Source of the DNA: an uncultured Gemmatimonadaceae bacterium
GTDB taxonomy: Bacteria; Gemmatimonadota; Gemmatimonadetes; Gemmatimonadales; Gemmatimonadaceae
Length of the DNA: 64,000 nucleotides
NCBI GenBank assembly: GCA_964474535.1
Contig: CAYYSP010000003.1
Span: 134,999 to 198,998 of the forward strand
Reading direction: 5' to 3'
The translations under genes and the position numbers were made by a program. The notes below the pieces were generated by a model, which was given only the letters and a program-made list of their open reading frames with translations, was not told the origin of the DNA and did not search any database. Positions 9,446 to 19,501 of this stretch are shown piece after piece (the first letter of the stretch is position 1; the number at the start of each line of letters is the position of its first letter).

Positions 9446-10707
9446 TAGTTGGATTCTCCTTCGTGGCTATCTGAGACTACCAACCGCTCGAGATAGACGC
9501 GTTGAATTTTCCTTCGTATCACCCGTTCAACAATTACTCGGAACGGGCCGATAGTTAGCGATTCTCCCGATCTAGGTACTCTACCGAGTACTTCAAGTAC
9601 CAAACCACCAACAGATGTAACGTCGTCGCGAACAAAGTCGTAACCCGTTAGCTCGGATAGGTCGTCTAGCGTAAGTCGACCATTAACCCAAAAACGAATA
9701 TTATCTTCGCTCTCTATCTGCTTCTCTTCCTCGTCGTACTCATCGCGTATCTCACCCACCAACTCCTCGATAACATCTTCTATTGTTACTAGGCCAGCGG
9801 TTCCTCCGTACTCATCGGCGACAATCGCGATATGTTTTCCACTTTGCCTGAACTCATGCAACAAATCGGCGATGCGCTTACTCGCTGGGATGAAGGTTAC
9901 AGGCCGAACAAGTGATTGCCAGCCACCGACCGGTTCGCTGTCTGCGATAACCGATGCAAGTAAATCTTTAGCGTAAAGAATACCTGTAACTTCGTCGACA
10001 GTTTCCTCAAAAACAGGCATACGCGAATGCCTAGCACTTCGCACGCGATCAACCATCTCGGACCAGTGTGTGCCATGCTCAATACCAACTATATCTACGC
10101 GAGGAACCATGACCTCTTCAGCGGTTGTTTCTCCAAAGGAGAATACACCAAGTAAAAGATCGCGCTCCTCTCCTGAAACGTCAGACTCTGCACTTACTAC
10201 CTCCCGGAACTGCGCCGCAGCCTCTTCCCTTCTTTCGAGGGTTTGTTCCGGTGGAGTTATGGCTTGAGCAAATGCTCGATCTAACTTCTCTCCGACCTGT
10301 ACAACCGGCATAAACACAAACTGAGAAAACGATGTAAACCAGTCTAGTTTCTCTGAAACCTCGTCGTCGAGTGCATCACCAATTGCGCGCGCTACACTTT
10401 CTGCTACGACAACTGTTAATAATCCAGTCGCGATAAGTATAGCTACGTCGGAAAGCGAATAGCTTACCTTAAGCCCCAGTGCGGTTGCTACAGCTGCACC
10501 AGCGATACAGTGTCCCAAAACGCGCCCAAATGAAAGCGCTCGGTGAGCTCTTTCCCTATCGGTGCGAAAGCGAGATTCGGTCCCGCTTGCATTACGTGAA
10601 GCGGCACCTAACGATGGCGCATCAGATAGCAAAGCTCCGTCGGCTGCTGCCGATGTAGCAGCGAATAAGGCTCCAGTAGACGCAACTACCCAAGAAACGA
10701 TACTCAT
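9445..10707 (-). CDS. HlyC/CorC family transporter (DUF21 + CBS pair + CorC_HlyC domain)
   Basis: 420-aa ORF with VMVPRVDIVGI, HIAIVADEYGGTAGLVTIEDVIEELVGEIRDEYD and a C-terminal GRLTLDDLSELTG...VGGLVLEVLGRVPRSGE (CorC_HlyC). It sits in the conserved phoH-ybeY-corC context. Confidence 0.85.
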   Translation of the reverse strand: MSIVSWVVASTGALFAATSAAADGALLSDAPSLGAASRNASGTESRFRTDRERAHRALSFGRVLGHCIAGAAVATALGLKVSYSLSDVAILIATGLLTVVVAESVARAIGDALDDEVSEKLDWFTSFSQFVFMPVVQVGEKLDRAFAQAITPPEQTLERREEAAAQFREVVSAESDVSGEERDLLLGVFSFGETTAEEVMVPRVDIVGIEHGTHWSEMVDRVRSARHSRMPVFEETVDEVTGILYAKDLLASVIADSEPVGGWQSLVRPVTFIPASKRIADLLHEFRQSGKHIAIVADEYGGTAGLVTIEDVIEELVGEIRDEYDEEEKQIESEDNIRFWVNGRLTLDDLSELTGYDFVRDDVTSVGGLVLEVLGRVPRSGESLTIGPFRVIVERVIRRKIQRVYLERLVVSDSHEGESN

Positions 10708-11237
10708 AGTGGTTGCGAGCTAACGGCTGTGAACTTTCTCAGCAACTTTTCTTGCCTACGCCACATTGGTGATTGTTCACGAGCATCTTCTGGGTGCTCA
10801 TATCCACAGGCATGTAAGACACCGTGAACCACCAGCCTGCACAGCTCTTCGCCTACAGATACACCTTGTGCCTTAGCCTGCTTACTAGCGACATCGGGGC
10901 AGATGTAAATATCGGCGACCAAAACACCACGCGGATCTAAACCCATTGCAAATGTTATAACGTCAGTCGAACCTTTGTGTCCCAAATGCTTTAGGTTTAA
11001 CGAAGCAATTGAACGCGGTGAGACTAGTGATATCGACAGCATCGCGCGCTTTACCTTTTCTGCTTTTAGAACGCCGCGAGCAAGCGCTTCAAGCTTATAC
11101 ATGGCGACAGGTGCTTTTACGGATGCGGTACGCTGTATATCAACAGCGTATGCGTCGACTTTGCTAAGCCGACGCGCGCTTCGCAATCGATCGTCAGACT
11201 CCTGCGGCATCGTTGTTATAAGCTCGGATAATGTCAC
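10704..11237 (-). CDS. ybeY: rRNA maturation endoribonuclease YbeY
   Basis: The motif HGVLHACGYEH (HGxLHLxGYDH zinc site) and its position between phoH and corC support the call. The true start may be internal (for example MPQESDD at 11210), because the long ORF overlaps phoH by 44 nt. Confidence 0.85.
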   Translation of the reverse strand: MTLSELITTMPQESDDRLRSARRLSKVDAYAVDIQRTASVKAPVAMYKLEALARGVLKAEKVKRAMLSISLVSPRSIASLNLKHLGHKGSTDVITFAMGLDPRGVLVADIYICPDVASKQAKAQGVSVGEELCRLVVHGVLHACGYEHPEDAREQSPMWRRQEKLLRKFTAVSSQPL

Positions 11238-12150
11238 GTACTAGGCGATGCCGTACTACGTCGGCCTCACTAAAGTAGTGGAATGCTATTCCTTCGATGC
11301 CATGCAGAATACGCTCTACCTGCATGAGCCCCGACTCTTCTCTTCGCGGAAGATCAACCTGTGTCTTGTCGCCTGTGATAACAATTTTTGAGTTAACACC
11401 TAAACGCGTGAGAAACATTTTCATTTGAAGACCGGTAGCGTTCTGAGCTTCGTCAAGTATTACAAAGGAGTCTCCTAACGTACGCCCACGCATGAACGCA
11501 AGCGGTGCCACTTCAATGGTGCGCGACTCGATAAGCTTTTGGATACGCTCAAAGGGCATAAAGTCGTCGAGCGCGTCATATAATGGGCGTAGATATGGAT
11601 CTACTTTTGCTTGCATGTCGCCGGGTAGGAAGCCCAAGCTTTCTCCTGCTTCGACAGCGGGACGTGCAAGTACGATTCTTCTAACTCGCTTGCGCATAAG
11701 CGCATCAACAGCGGCTGCTACAGCAAGATACGTTTTACCGGTACCAGCGGGACCAATTCCGATAACGATATCGTGCTCCGCAATCTGTTTCAAATACTCT
11801 GCTTGCCCCGGAGTCTTGGCTTGAATAGCACGACGCGCGCCTGGCAGTATTAGTGAGCCCGCGGCTGCTGCACCCGGCGCATCGGCTGGCTTGTCCGCCA
11901 GCGAAAGCCTCAAGACATCATCTGGCGAAAGTGTATGACCTTCGCGTGCCTGAGCGATCATTGCAAAAGCAATAGACTCTGCTCGCGCAACAGAATCAGC
12001 GTCGCCGGTTACCGAAAGCGAGTCTCCGCGCAGCGCAACGCGTGCGCCAGTTATGCGTGAAAGCTCAACTAAGTTGGTGTCGTTTACGCCTGCGAGCGAA
12101 AGAAGGTCTGCACCTTCAACACTTAAACGAGTTGTAACCGGTTCTGTCAT
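11194..12150 (-). CDS. phoH: PhoH-like ATPase (PhoH/YbeZ)
   Basis: Walker A GPAGTGKTYLAVA, then FLPGDMQAKVDPYLRPLYDAL and VILDEAQN. There is a 4-nt overlap with the aspS stop. Confidence 0.9.
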   Translation of the reverse strand: MTEPVTTRLSVEGADLLSLAGVNDTNLVELSRITGARVALRGDSLSVTGDADSVARAESIAFAMIAQAREGHTLSPDDVLRLSLADKPADAPGAAAAGSLILPGARRAIQAKTPGQAEYLKQIAEHDIVIGIGPAGTGKTYLAVAAAVDALMRKRVRRIVLARPAVEAGESLGFLPGDMQAKVDPYLRPLYDALDDFMPFERIQKLIESRTIEVAPLAFMRGRTLGDSFVILDEAQNATGLQMKMFLTRLGVNSKIVITGDKTQVDLPRREESGLMQVERILHGIEGIAFHYFSEADVVRHRLVRDIIRAYNNDAAGV

Positions 12151-13946
12151 GAAGCCGATAAAGTGTGAGAAGAGTCTTGGTTGCTCACGGTCAAACCAAG
12201 CTCTAATAAATCGTTCGGAGAAACAGCGACCGGCGCGCCTTCGAAGAGAGCGCGCGCAGCAGTCGTTTTGGGAAATGCGATAACATCGCGCAACGACGCA
12301 GCCCCCGAAAGCAGCATCGCTATTCGGTCGAAACCGAACGCGATACCACCATGTGGCGGCGCTCCCGCGCGCAACCCTTCTAGCAGAAAGCCAAAACGTC
12401 GTTCTTGCTCGTCAACGTCTGCGATCCCCAGTAGCGCAAACATTTTGGATTGTACAGCGGGGTCGCTAGTACGAATGCTACCGCCACCTAATTCAGTACC
12501 GTTAAGTACTAGGTCGTAAGCTTGGGCGCGCCACTTGCCAGGACTATCAGGGTAGTCGCTCATATCGGCTACAACTGGCGATGTGAACGGATGGTGTACT
12601 GCCGCAAGCGCACCACTTTCTGGGTCTTCATCAAACATCGGGAAGTCTACGACCCAAACAAACTTCTGATCGCCCTCGCGAATAAGCCCGAGTCTCTGCG
12701 CGCACTCCTGTCGAACGCGATCTAGCGCTGGGCTACTGACTCTATCCGCTGCAGCCACCATAAGCGCCAGATCGCCGTTCTGCATGGCGAATTCATTGCC
12801 TGACTTATCATCTAACAGCTTTCCCAGCGGACCGTCGAAGCCGGCATCAGTACGCTTCATGCGTAAAAGACCAGCAGCCCCAGCCCCTTTTGCAATCGCT
12901 TCAAGCTCGTCGACTTGCTTTCGGCTCCACGAAGCACCACCAGGCACGACTATTCCTCGCACCCTTCCGCCCAACGCGATAGCGTTTCGTGTGACACCGA
13001 AATCGAGAGGCGCAACTACCTGAGTAAAATCACGAATACGCAAATCGTATCTGAGATCAGGGCGATCTATCCCGTAACTCTCAAGCGCCTCCGCGTAAGT
13101 AATTCTAGGGATGTCGGTCGGCGCCTGCGATCCTGCCTCCTGCCAAATAGCTCTAATCAACCCTTCTGCCATCGAAAGAATATCGCTCTGTTCAACGAAC
13201 GAAGCTTCTATGTCAATCTGAGTGAACTCAGGCTGTCGATCGGCACGCAAATCTTCGTCACGAAAGCAACGAGCGATTTGGAAGTACCTGTCGAAACCAG
13301 CGCACATAAAGAGCTGCTTGTAAATCTGAGGCGATTGTGGAAGTGCATAGAACTCTCCGTTATGTACACGACTCGGCACGAGATAATCGCGTGCACCCTC
13401 AGGCGTAGGCTTCGTAAGAATTGGCGTTTCAATTTCTAGATAACCAGCGTCAGAAAGAAACTTTCTGGTGGTTTGCATTAGGCGATGCCGAAGGATCAAC
13501 TTCTCCTGTAGCTCTGGACGTCTTAAGTCGAGATATCTGTGTTTAAGACGTAGCTCTTCGGCGGGCGGCTTTTCATTTCGCCCACGCGCTACAGGTATAG
13601 CTGGCGTAATCGCAGGGCCAACGACTCGTAGTGAAGTAACCTGCACCTCAATGTCGCCGGTTAGCATTTCAGGGTTAACCTTATCGTCGTCGCGACTAAC
13701 AACCACACCTTCGCATAGCACTACGCTCTCTACGCCGACGGCCGCGGCCAGCGCAAGAACGTCTGCTTGCGACCACGCGGGTCCAAATGCGAGCTGCACA
13801 ATTCCGGAGCGATCACGCAAATCGATAAACACTAAGCCGCCTAGGTCTCGACTGCGATGAACCCATCCGCCGAGTCGAACCGTGCGCCCTATGTCGCTAC
13901 GAGTAAGACTACCGCATGTTTGAGATCTTAAACTGGTAGCTAACAC
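12147..13946 (-). CDS. aspS: Aspartate--tRNA ligase
   Basis: GWVHRSRDLGGLVFIDLRDRSG (OB fold), FRDEDLRADRQPEFTQID (class II motif 2) and GGIAFGFDRI (motif 3). The ORF is open to 14033, but the GTG at 13946 (VLATSLRSQTCG...) gives the usual ~600-aa length. Confidence 0.9.
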   Translation of the reverse strand: MLATSLRSQTCGSLTRSDIGRTVRLGGWVHRSRDLGGLVFIDLRDRSGIVQLAFGPAWSQADVLALAAAVGVESVVLCEGVVVSRDDDKVNPEMLTGDIEVQVTSLRVVGPAITPAIPVARGRNEKPPAEELRLKHRYLDLRRPELQEKLILRHRLMQTTRKFLSDAGYLEIETPILTKPTPEGARDYLVPSRVHNGEFYALPQSPQIYKQLFMCAGFDRYFQIARCFRDEDLRADRQPEFTQIDIEASFVEQSDILSMAEGLIRAIWQEAGSQAPTDIPRITYAEALESYGIDRPDLRYDLRIRDFTQVVAPLDFGVTRNAIALGGRVRGIVVPGGASWSRKQVDELEAIAKGAGAAGLLRMKRTDAGFDGPLGKLLDDKSGNEFAMQNGDLALMVAAADRVSSPALDRVRQECAQRLGLIREGDQKFVWVVDFPMFDEDPESGALAAVHHPFTSPVVADMSDYPDSPGKWRAQAYDLVLNGTELGGGSIRTSDPAVQSKMFALLGIADVDEQERRFGFLLEGLRAGAPPHGGIAFGFDRIAMLLSGAASLRDVIAFPKTTAARALFEGAPVAVSPNDLLELGLTVSNQDSSHTLSAS

Positions 13947-14234
13947 TGACCCCGATGTTACAACATCGCTCACAAAAAGCGCTCCTGATGACCGTGCGCG
14001 GAGCGGCATGCAACAACACTCGTTCCGCAGCAATCAACAAAGTGAATCAGCAGTCTGCTCGCAAAAAGCGTCACCGCATTGGTACGAGTGCGGGGACGGT
14101 TAGTTAGCTTGAGGATAGTGGCCTGCTGAGTGAAAAGAATTCCTGAAATCACGACTCTTCAAGTTAGTTGCCATATGCCCTCACTGCTAGCGACATCGCT
14201 TGTCAGCTTTAGCGAAAATCGTTACACTCAAGCA

Positions 14235-15135
14235 TATGCGCCGCAAGTTCTTATGCGGGCTTGCCGCGTGGCTCGGGGGGGTGTCGCTCCAAGCGCAGTC
14301 GGTACCTGCCCGTGACCTATGGGAGTTTCCTCTCGGTATTATCCTGCAACCAGCGGCACTTACAGCCGACCCAGCAGGTGGCCTTTGGAATCCGGCCGTC
14401 AATGGGCTGCTTAAAGGGCAGCAGATAAGGGTAGGTGTGGTCTCTTTGTCAGCCCCTAGCGATATAGGCGTTGAAGGGCTTGCTGTTGGCGCCGCCTATA
14501 GGCGCGACGATAATAGAGTTTTCAGTGTGTCAATCGCGAGGAATGCAATCGGCGGTATAGTCAGGACGGAGTTCGACCCGCAGGTGGTTGGAGAAATTCC
14601 ATACAGCTCCCTCATGCTAACAGCAGGCGCCTCCGCCGAGCTTCTTCCTAACGTCAGATTCGGCGCCGCGCTCCGCTGGCGGGAAGGTCGAATGGACACA
14701 GAAACTCGACACGCTCTAGCTGCCGACGTTGGAATACAGGCAGAGGTACCTTCGTTCCGAAAACTCAGAATCGGTGTTTCAAGTTTCTTATGGCGTCCGG
14801 GACGTGAAATTGACGATCGGCCTTCATTTTTGGCCGCTGCTGACGCCGTTTTATTGTCGTACACAGATCTAGCATCCCTGCGTGCCGGCTATTCGCTAAA
14901 CGCCGTTAACAGAGGGTCTAGGGAACAGGGTCCATATGCTCAAGTGCAACTCGACCGATTAGAAGCAAGCGTCTCTTACGTAACCATGCGCACCAACAAC
15001 TCGTTCCAGAACTACCGAATCCGTTCGGGAATTGCCATGCGATACGCCAAATACCTCGTTGGAGTAGGACGCGAGGAAGGTGTTTCTGGATTAGGACCTA
15101 TGTATCAGTTCACCTTGAGTTCGGTACTGCGATGA
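14235..15135 (+). CDS. Hypothetical secreted protein, probably an outer-membrane beta-barrel (weak PorP/SprF-like resemblance)
   Basis: The internal ATG at 14235 gives MRRKFLCGLAAWLGGVSLQAQ (signal peptide). The rest shows alternating hydrophobic beta-strand-like periodicity and a WNPAVNG motif. The family call is tentative. Confidence 0.5.
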
Positions 15136-16241
15136 TAGTTTCAGCACTCTCAAGTACAGACGTACGAGAGAACCTACTCGATCTTGATCCAGATGCTGCG
15201 ATCGCAAAACTAATGAGTTGGTTTGCTGAGCGCGGCCAACCTGCATACCGTGCTACGCAGCTCTTCAGGCGTCTTTGGGAAGCACCGGTGTCATCTTTCG
15301 ATGAAGTAACCGAATTGTCGGTGCCCATTCGAGAAGAGTTAGCTAAGCACTTTGTCATTCCATCCCTAGAGCTGGCAGACAGACAGAAGTCGAAGGACGG
15401 AACGGAAAAGTTTCTATTCAAACTTAACGACGGGCAGTTAATTGAAACTGTGGCGATACCGGACGGTAAGCGACTTACGCTTTGCATATCGTCACAGGCA
15501 GGATGTGCGCTACAGTGTGCTTTTTGCGCTACCGGTGCTATGGGCTTTCAACGCAATCTCACGCCCTCAGAAATCGCAGGACAGGTTCGTGCATTAAGAA
15601 TGTTAGAGCCACCGATTCATGCAACGAATATCGTTTTTATGGGAATGGGTGAGCCACTTATGAATTGGAAGGCGGTGTCGGTTACTCTCACGTTGCTTAA
15701 CGACGCACGCGCGTTGGGGATCGGAGCACGACACATAACGATATCAACTGTTGGGGTACTGCCAGGGATCGTGGCACTCGGCGAACGCAATGAACAGTTC
15801 AGACTCGCTATTTCAATTCATGCGCCGTCGGACGAGCTACGCAAAACGCTTATGCCCGTTAATACAAAGTACCCGTTGCGCTCAGTTATAGACGCAGCAC
15901 GTACCTTTGATAGGCGCGTTACCTTTGAGTACGTAATGTTGGCAGATACAAATGATCAACCTGAACATGCACACCAACTTGCTGAACTTGCGCGCGATTG
16001 TCGTGCGTTCGTGAACTTGATTCCACTTCATCCTGGTGGCTCAATGGGGTTCAATCCATCTTCTGCTCAAACCATAGCTTCCTTTGCAAACGTCTTGCGT
16101 AACTACGGAGTGGAAACGGCTGTACGACGTTCGCGCGGGCTAGATATTGCTGCTGCGTGCGGGCAGTTACGGACGGAGCGGTTGGGACGTAGGCGGTTGC
16201 CAGTTTCTTCCAACGACGACAGTAACATCAACGAATCGTGA
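15132..16241 (+). CDS. rlmN: 23S rRNA/tRNA (adenine-C2)-methyltransferase RlmN (radical SAM)
   Basis: YRATQLFRRLWE at the N-terminus, a radical-SAM cluster GCALQCAFCATG, GMGEPLMN and C-terminal AAACGQL. The start overlaps the upstream stop (ATGA). Confidence 0.9.
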   Translation: MIVSALSSTDVRENLLDLDPDAAIAKLMSWFAERGQPAYRATQLFRRLWEAPVSSFDEVTELSVPIREELAKHFVIPSLELADRQKSKDGTEKFLFKLNDGQLIETVAIPDGKRLTLCISSQAGCALQCAFCATGAMGFQRNLTPSEIAGQVRALRMLEPPIHATNIVFMGMGEPLMNWKAVSVTLTLLNDARALGIGARHITISTVGVLPGIVALGERNEQFRLAISIHAPSDELRKTLMPVNTKYPLRSVIDAARTFDRRVTFEYVMLADTNDQPEHAHQLAELARDCRAFVNLIPLHPGGSMGFNPSSAQTIASFANVLRNYGVETAVRRSRGLDIAAACGQLRTERLGRRRLPVSSNDDSNINES

Positions 16242-16667
16242 CGTATCGTCGCTAATTGCTATCGAATCAATGCTCAACGCGAGCGCGAGCTTTTCGGCCC
16301 ACTCTCGTTGGCCCGAGTGAAAAGTTACAGTCGAAATATCAGTAGGTTCGCGCGCACTATCGTAGTCGACGACGTCAAAACCCAAGTCTCTTATGTAGTT
16401 CGTAACACGCCTAGCAAGGCCTCGAGTTTGCGTTCCGTTTAGAACGCGCACACGTATGCGAACATCTGCTGGAGCTCTCCAATCGGGATCAATGTACTCA
16501 ACTGCTTCTGACGTTGTTACGACCTCTGCTTCATCGCGAGTCATCCACCAAGAAAGAAGCGAAACAGCAGCTACTACAGCTGCCATGAGCGCTATAACAG
16601 AACCTCGTCGAGTGGCGCGAGGCTCGGGGGCTAATGGTTCAGGAACTGTCACCGTACAGTATTCCAA
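16167..16667 (-). CDS. LytR_C domain-containing membrane-anchored protein
   Basis: 166-aa ORF with one N-terminal TM helix (VIALMAAVVAAVSLLSWW), then RVRVLNGTQTRGLARRVTNYIRDLGFDV, typical of the LytR C-terminal domain. Confidence 0.6.
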   Translation of the reverse strand: MEYCTVTVPEPLAPEPRATRRGSVIALMAAVVAAVSLLSWWMTRDEAEVVTTSEAVEYIDPDWRAPADVRIRVRVLNGTQTRGLARRVTNYIRDLGFDVVDYDSAREPTDISTVTFHSGQREWAEKLALALSIDSIAISDDTSRFVDVTVVVGRNWQPPTSQPLRP

Positions 16668-17215
16668 AGAAGCACGGTTTCCGGTTCGATCCCTTTTCCG
16701 TCACGCACTGCCCACTCTATTCGCATGCGTACTACCTGACGAAAGACATCGTCAAACTGAACGGGAACTAACTGAGAAAGAAAAGCGCGATCCTCACGCA
16801 TAAAGTTACGTCCAGGCTCCAAAAAATCTGCCATGTAAAGCGCGCGACCTGTGCGCGACCACTCAGCGTTACCTATCGTGTGCCACCTAATTGCTTCAAG
16901 AACATCAGCTCTCGTTTCCCCGTCCGCCTCAAGTCGAATAGCTGCTGCGAATCCATGCAGCATTCCGGTTGGGCGGACATAATCGCCGGTAACTGCGCGC
17001 AGTGATGTCTCGTCGGCGTCGCGCAACGCATCGTGCCATGCACCCGCGTCACGCCAAGCCTGCTGCTCTGCCGCAGACAAGCGTAAAGCGTCGGCCCATG
17101 AATCCAATAGCGTAACAACTCGCTGTATATGTTCGGCACGCTTTGGAGTTACGACTGTCCAGGACGGCATTACCTGAACAATGGCGGGTACCGAATCACG
17201 CTGCTTTCCACTCAT
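16649..17215 (-). CDS. HD-superfamily hydrolase, YqeK-like
   Basis: 188-aa ORF containing HIQRVV...AGAWHDALRD...LHGFAAA...AIRWHTIG...LYMADFLEPGR, which resembles the YqeK (Ap4A hydrolase) HD pattern. Called by eye only. Confidence 0.5.
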   Translation of the reverse strand: MSGKQRDSVPAIVQVMPSWTVVTPKRAEHIQRVVTLLDSWADALRLSAAEQQAWRDAGAWHDALRDADETSLRAVTGDYVRPTGMLHGFAAAIRLEADGETRADVLEAIRWHTIGNAEWSRTGRALYMADFLEPGRNFMREDRAFLSQLVPVQFDDVFRQVVRMRIEWAVRDGKGIEPETVLLWNTVR

Positions 17216-17243
17216 ACGATACTTAAACTCAGCTTACTCATGA

Positions 17244-18050
17244 TTAAGCAGCTGAATCAGCGTCTAAAGCGTCTCGCATCTCGCGCACCAACTCAATAGC
17301 GCTGTTAATAGACACGCCTGCTGCGCGAACTATTGCACTTCCAACTATCACTCCGTCCGCATACCGCGAAGCTTCAACTGCTTGCTTGGCAGAAGAAATA
17401 CCAAAGCCAACGCAAATAGGAAGTGATACTGCAGTGCGCAAACGAGAAACTGTATCGGGGAGCTCCGCTGCCAATGAGCTTTGCTCGCCGGTTACGCCGA
17501 GCCTACTAATTAGATATACAAAACCACCACCGCGACCTTCGGAACCAATGTCCTTCATCCTCTGCAAAGGAGTCGTTGGTGCAACAAGACGGATTAGATC
17601 TAACCCTTGAGAGCCCAGCCATGACTCCCGCTCTGGGTCGGCACCAACTGGAAGGTCGGTTATAAGAAGACCGCTAATTCCACTAGCAGCGGCCTTGGCA
17701 GTGAGGGTAGTTCCTGCAGCCAGAATAGGGTTGAGATAACTAAAGAGAACAACAGGAATTGTTAGCGACGCACGTTGCAAAATGGCAAATGTTTCGTTCA
17801 GCGTAATGCCCTGTTCAATGGCGACCTGTGAACTACGCTGAATAACTGGCCCGTCAGCCATTGGATCTGAGAACGGAACGCCAACCTCAACGATATCCGC
17901 ACCTGCACTCTCCAACCCTTGCAGCAACTCTACCGACTGTTCAGCTGAGGGATAGCCGGCAGTTACATAGCAGATAAGGGCTTTACGCCTTTCTGCCTTT
18001 AGCTTCTCAAAGCGGCGAGATATCGGAGACAGCGTCACGTTAGGCATCAC
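17244..18050 (-). CDS. trpA: Tryptophan synthase alpha chain
   Basis: YVTAGYP, VEVGVPFSDPMADGPVIQ and GFGIS motifs. The start (GTG 18050 or ATG 18047) overlaps the stop of the HD-GYP ORF. Confidence 0.9.
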   Translation of the reverse strand: MMPNVTLSPISRRFEKLKAERRKALICYVTAGYPSAEQSVELLQGLESAGADIVEVGVPFSDPMADGPVIQRSSQVAIEQGITLNETFAILQRASLTIPVVLFSYLNPILAAGTTLTAKAAASGISGLLITDLPVGADPERESWLGSQGLDLIRLVAPTTPLQRMKDIGSEGRGGGFVYLISRLGVTGEQSSLAAELPDTVSRLRTAVSLPICVGFGISSAKQAVEASRYADGVIVGSAIVRAAGVSINSAIELVREMRDALDADSAA

Positions 18051-19501
18051 GCAAAGTAATCGCTAACTCGGATACCGTAACGGTCAGGATCTTCGGTGCG
18101 GGTAATCGTCTTTACATAGCCGCCATCTGAGTTTCTGTCGGCGAGACTAAAAGGTTGCCCATCAAAGCGGTTACCGCGATCATCAAATAGTACGCGAACG
18201 ATCGGTCGAGCAAGCGTTCCCGAATCAGAGTTTGCAGCCACCACGATCGCGATTTCGCCGGTATCAAGCCCGACAACCGTACCTACTGGGTAAATGCCAG
18301 TAAGATTGATAAATGCTTTGACGATCACTGGATCCATTCCTAGGCGCTTGTTCTCGCGCATACCTCTAACGACATCTGCTGGCGTCCAAGGTTTGTCTTG
18401 ATACACTCTCGTTGAGGTAGCCGCGTCAAAGCCGTCTACGATTGCCACTATTCGACTAAAAAGAGATGGAGAACGCAGACGCACCGGCGCCGGGTAGCCT
18501 GACAGATCTATTCGCATATGGTGTTCATATGCGGTGGTCATGGCACGCCACGCACGCGCGGCGCTACCGTTCATTGCGAACAGAGCCAGAACACCGCGCC
18601 AAGTATGGGTTTTGAGCATGCGGAACTCATCTTCGCTTAACCCTGAACGTTTATTCAACAGTTCAATAGGAACGCGTGATTTCCCTATATCGTGCATAAG
18701 TGCGGCAAGTCCCAAATCGAACAACTGCACTTTAGACAAGCCTATACGGCGTCCTAACGCTACCGACAGGATACACACATTCACGCTATGTACAAAAGTG
18801 TAATCATCAAATTCACGCAGTGTCGTGAGACCAATAAGCGATACTGAGTCGCTCATTATGGAGTCGACGATACCCTGCACCGCACGCTTTGCTTGTTTAA
18901 GTGCAGGGCTGCGTCCCATGCGTGCGCCAGTGAGAAGCTCTCTCGTAACATTAAGTGAGCGCATATAAGTTTGACGAGCGCGCTCATGCTCATCTTCCTC
19001 TTCATCGTCTAGGTCATCATCGTCTGACATTGGTTCAATTACAATATTGTCTACATGCTCCGCCTCCAAATGCGCAATTAAACGATCGGCACATTCAGCG
19101 CGCGTAAGTTCCCCTTGAGGTAACAAAAGTGCGTTTAGCAAAGAAACCCAGCTGCTTGTTAAGGGAACTGCAGTCCAAACAATGCCTCCGGCACCAGACG
19201 CACGCATTCTCCCTAGCAGGTGAGCTACCGCGGCGTAACTGTCCAACTGAAGCCGTAGTCGAATTCCGTTAACAAACAGAGAGTCGCCTGCTGTTCGCAG
19301 TTCGCACTGTCCGGACTGTTCAAACAGTTTCGTCGTCGCACTCTCCAACTCATTAAGTGCGTTTCTTACGGCCGCGTTCTCTATGGGATAGAGACGTACT
19401 GAACGCAGCGCTGAGTGAAGCGAGGTTACAAAAGTACGAACAGCTTGCTGAACGCCCGCTCCGTCCTGTAGTCCAGCACCTTCACGCGCGGCAGCTTTCA
19501 C
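18047..19501 (-). CDS. HD-GYP domain protein (predicted cyclic-di-GMP phosphodiesterase) with an uncharacterised N-terminal domain
   Basis: 484-aa ORF with ALMHDIGKSRVP (HD) and YEHHMRIDLSGYPAP (HH...GYP). An acidic linker DDDDLDDEEEDEHE separates the N-terminal domain from the HD-GYP domain. The GTG start overlaps the upstream stop (GTGA). Confidence 0.85.
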   Translation of the reverse strand: MKAAAREGAGLQDGAGVQQAVRTFVTSLHSALRSVRLYPIENAAVRNALNELESATTKLFEQSGQCELRTAGDSLFVNGIRLRLQLDSYAAVAHLLGRMRASGAGGIVWTAVPLTSSWVSLLNALLLPQGELTRAECADRLIAHLEAEHVDNIVIEPMSDDDDLDDEEEDEHERARQTYMRSLNVTRELLTGARMGRSPALKQAKRAVQGIVDSIMSDSVSLIGLTTLREFDDYTFVHSVNVCILSVALGRRIGLSKVQLFDLGLAALMHDIGKSRVPIELLNKRSGLSEDEFRMLKTHTWRGVLALFAMNGSAARAWRAMTTAYEHHMRIDLSGYPAPVRLRSPSLFSRIVAIVDGFDAATSTRVYQDKPWTPADVVRGMRENKRLGMDPVIVKAFINLTGIYPVGTVVGLDTGEIAIVVAANSDSGTLARPIVRVLFDDRGNRFDGQPFSLADRNSDGGYVKTITRTEDPDRYGIRVSDYFA

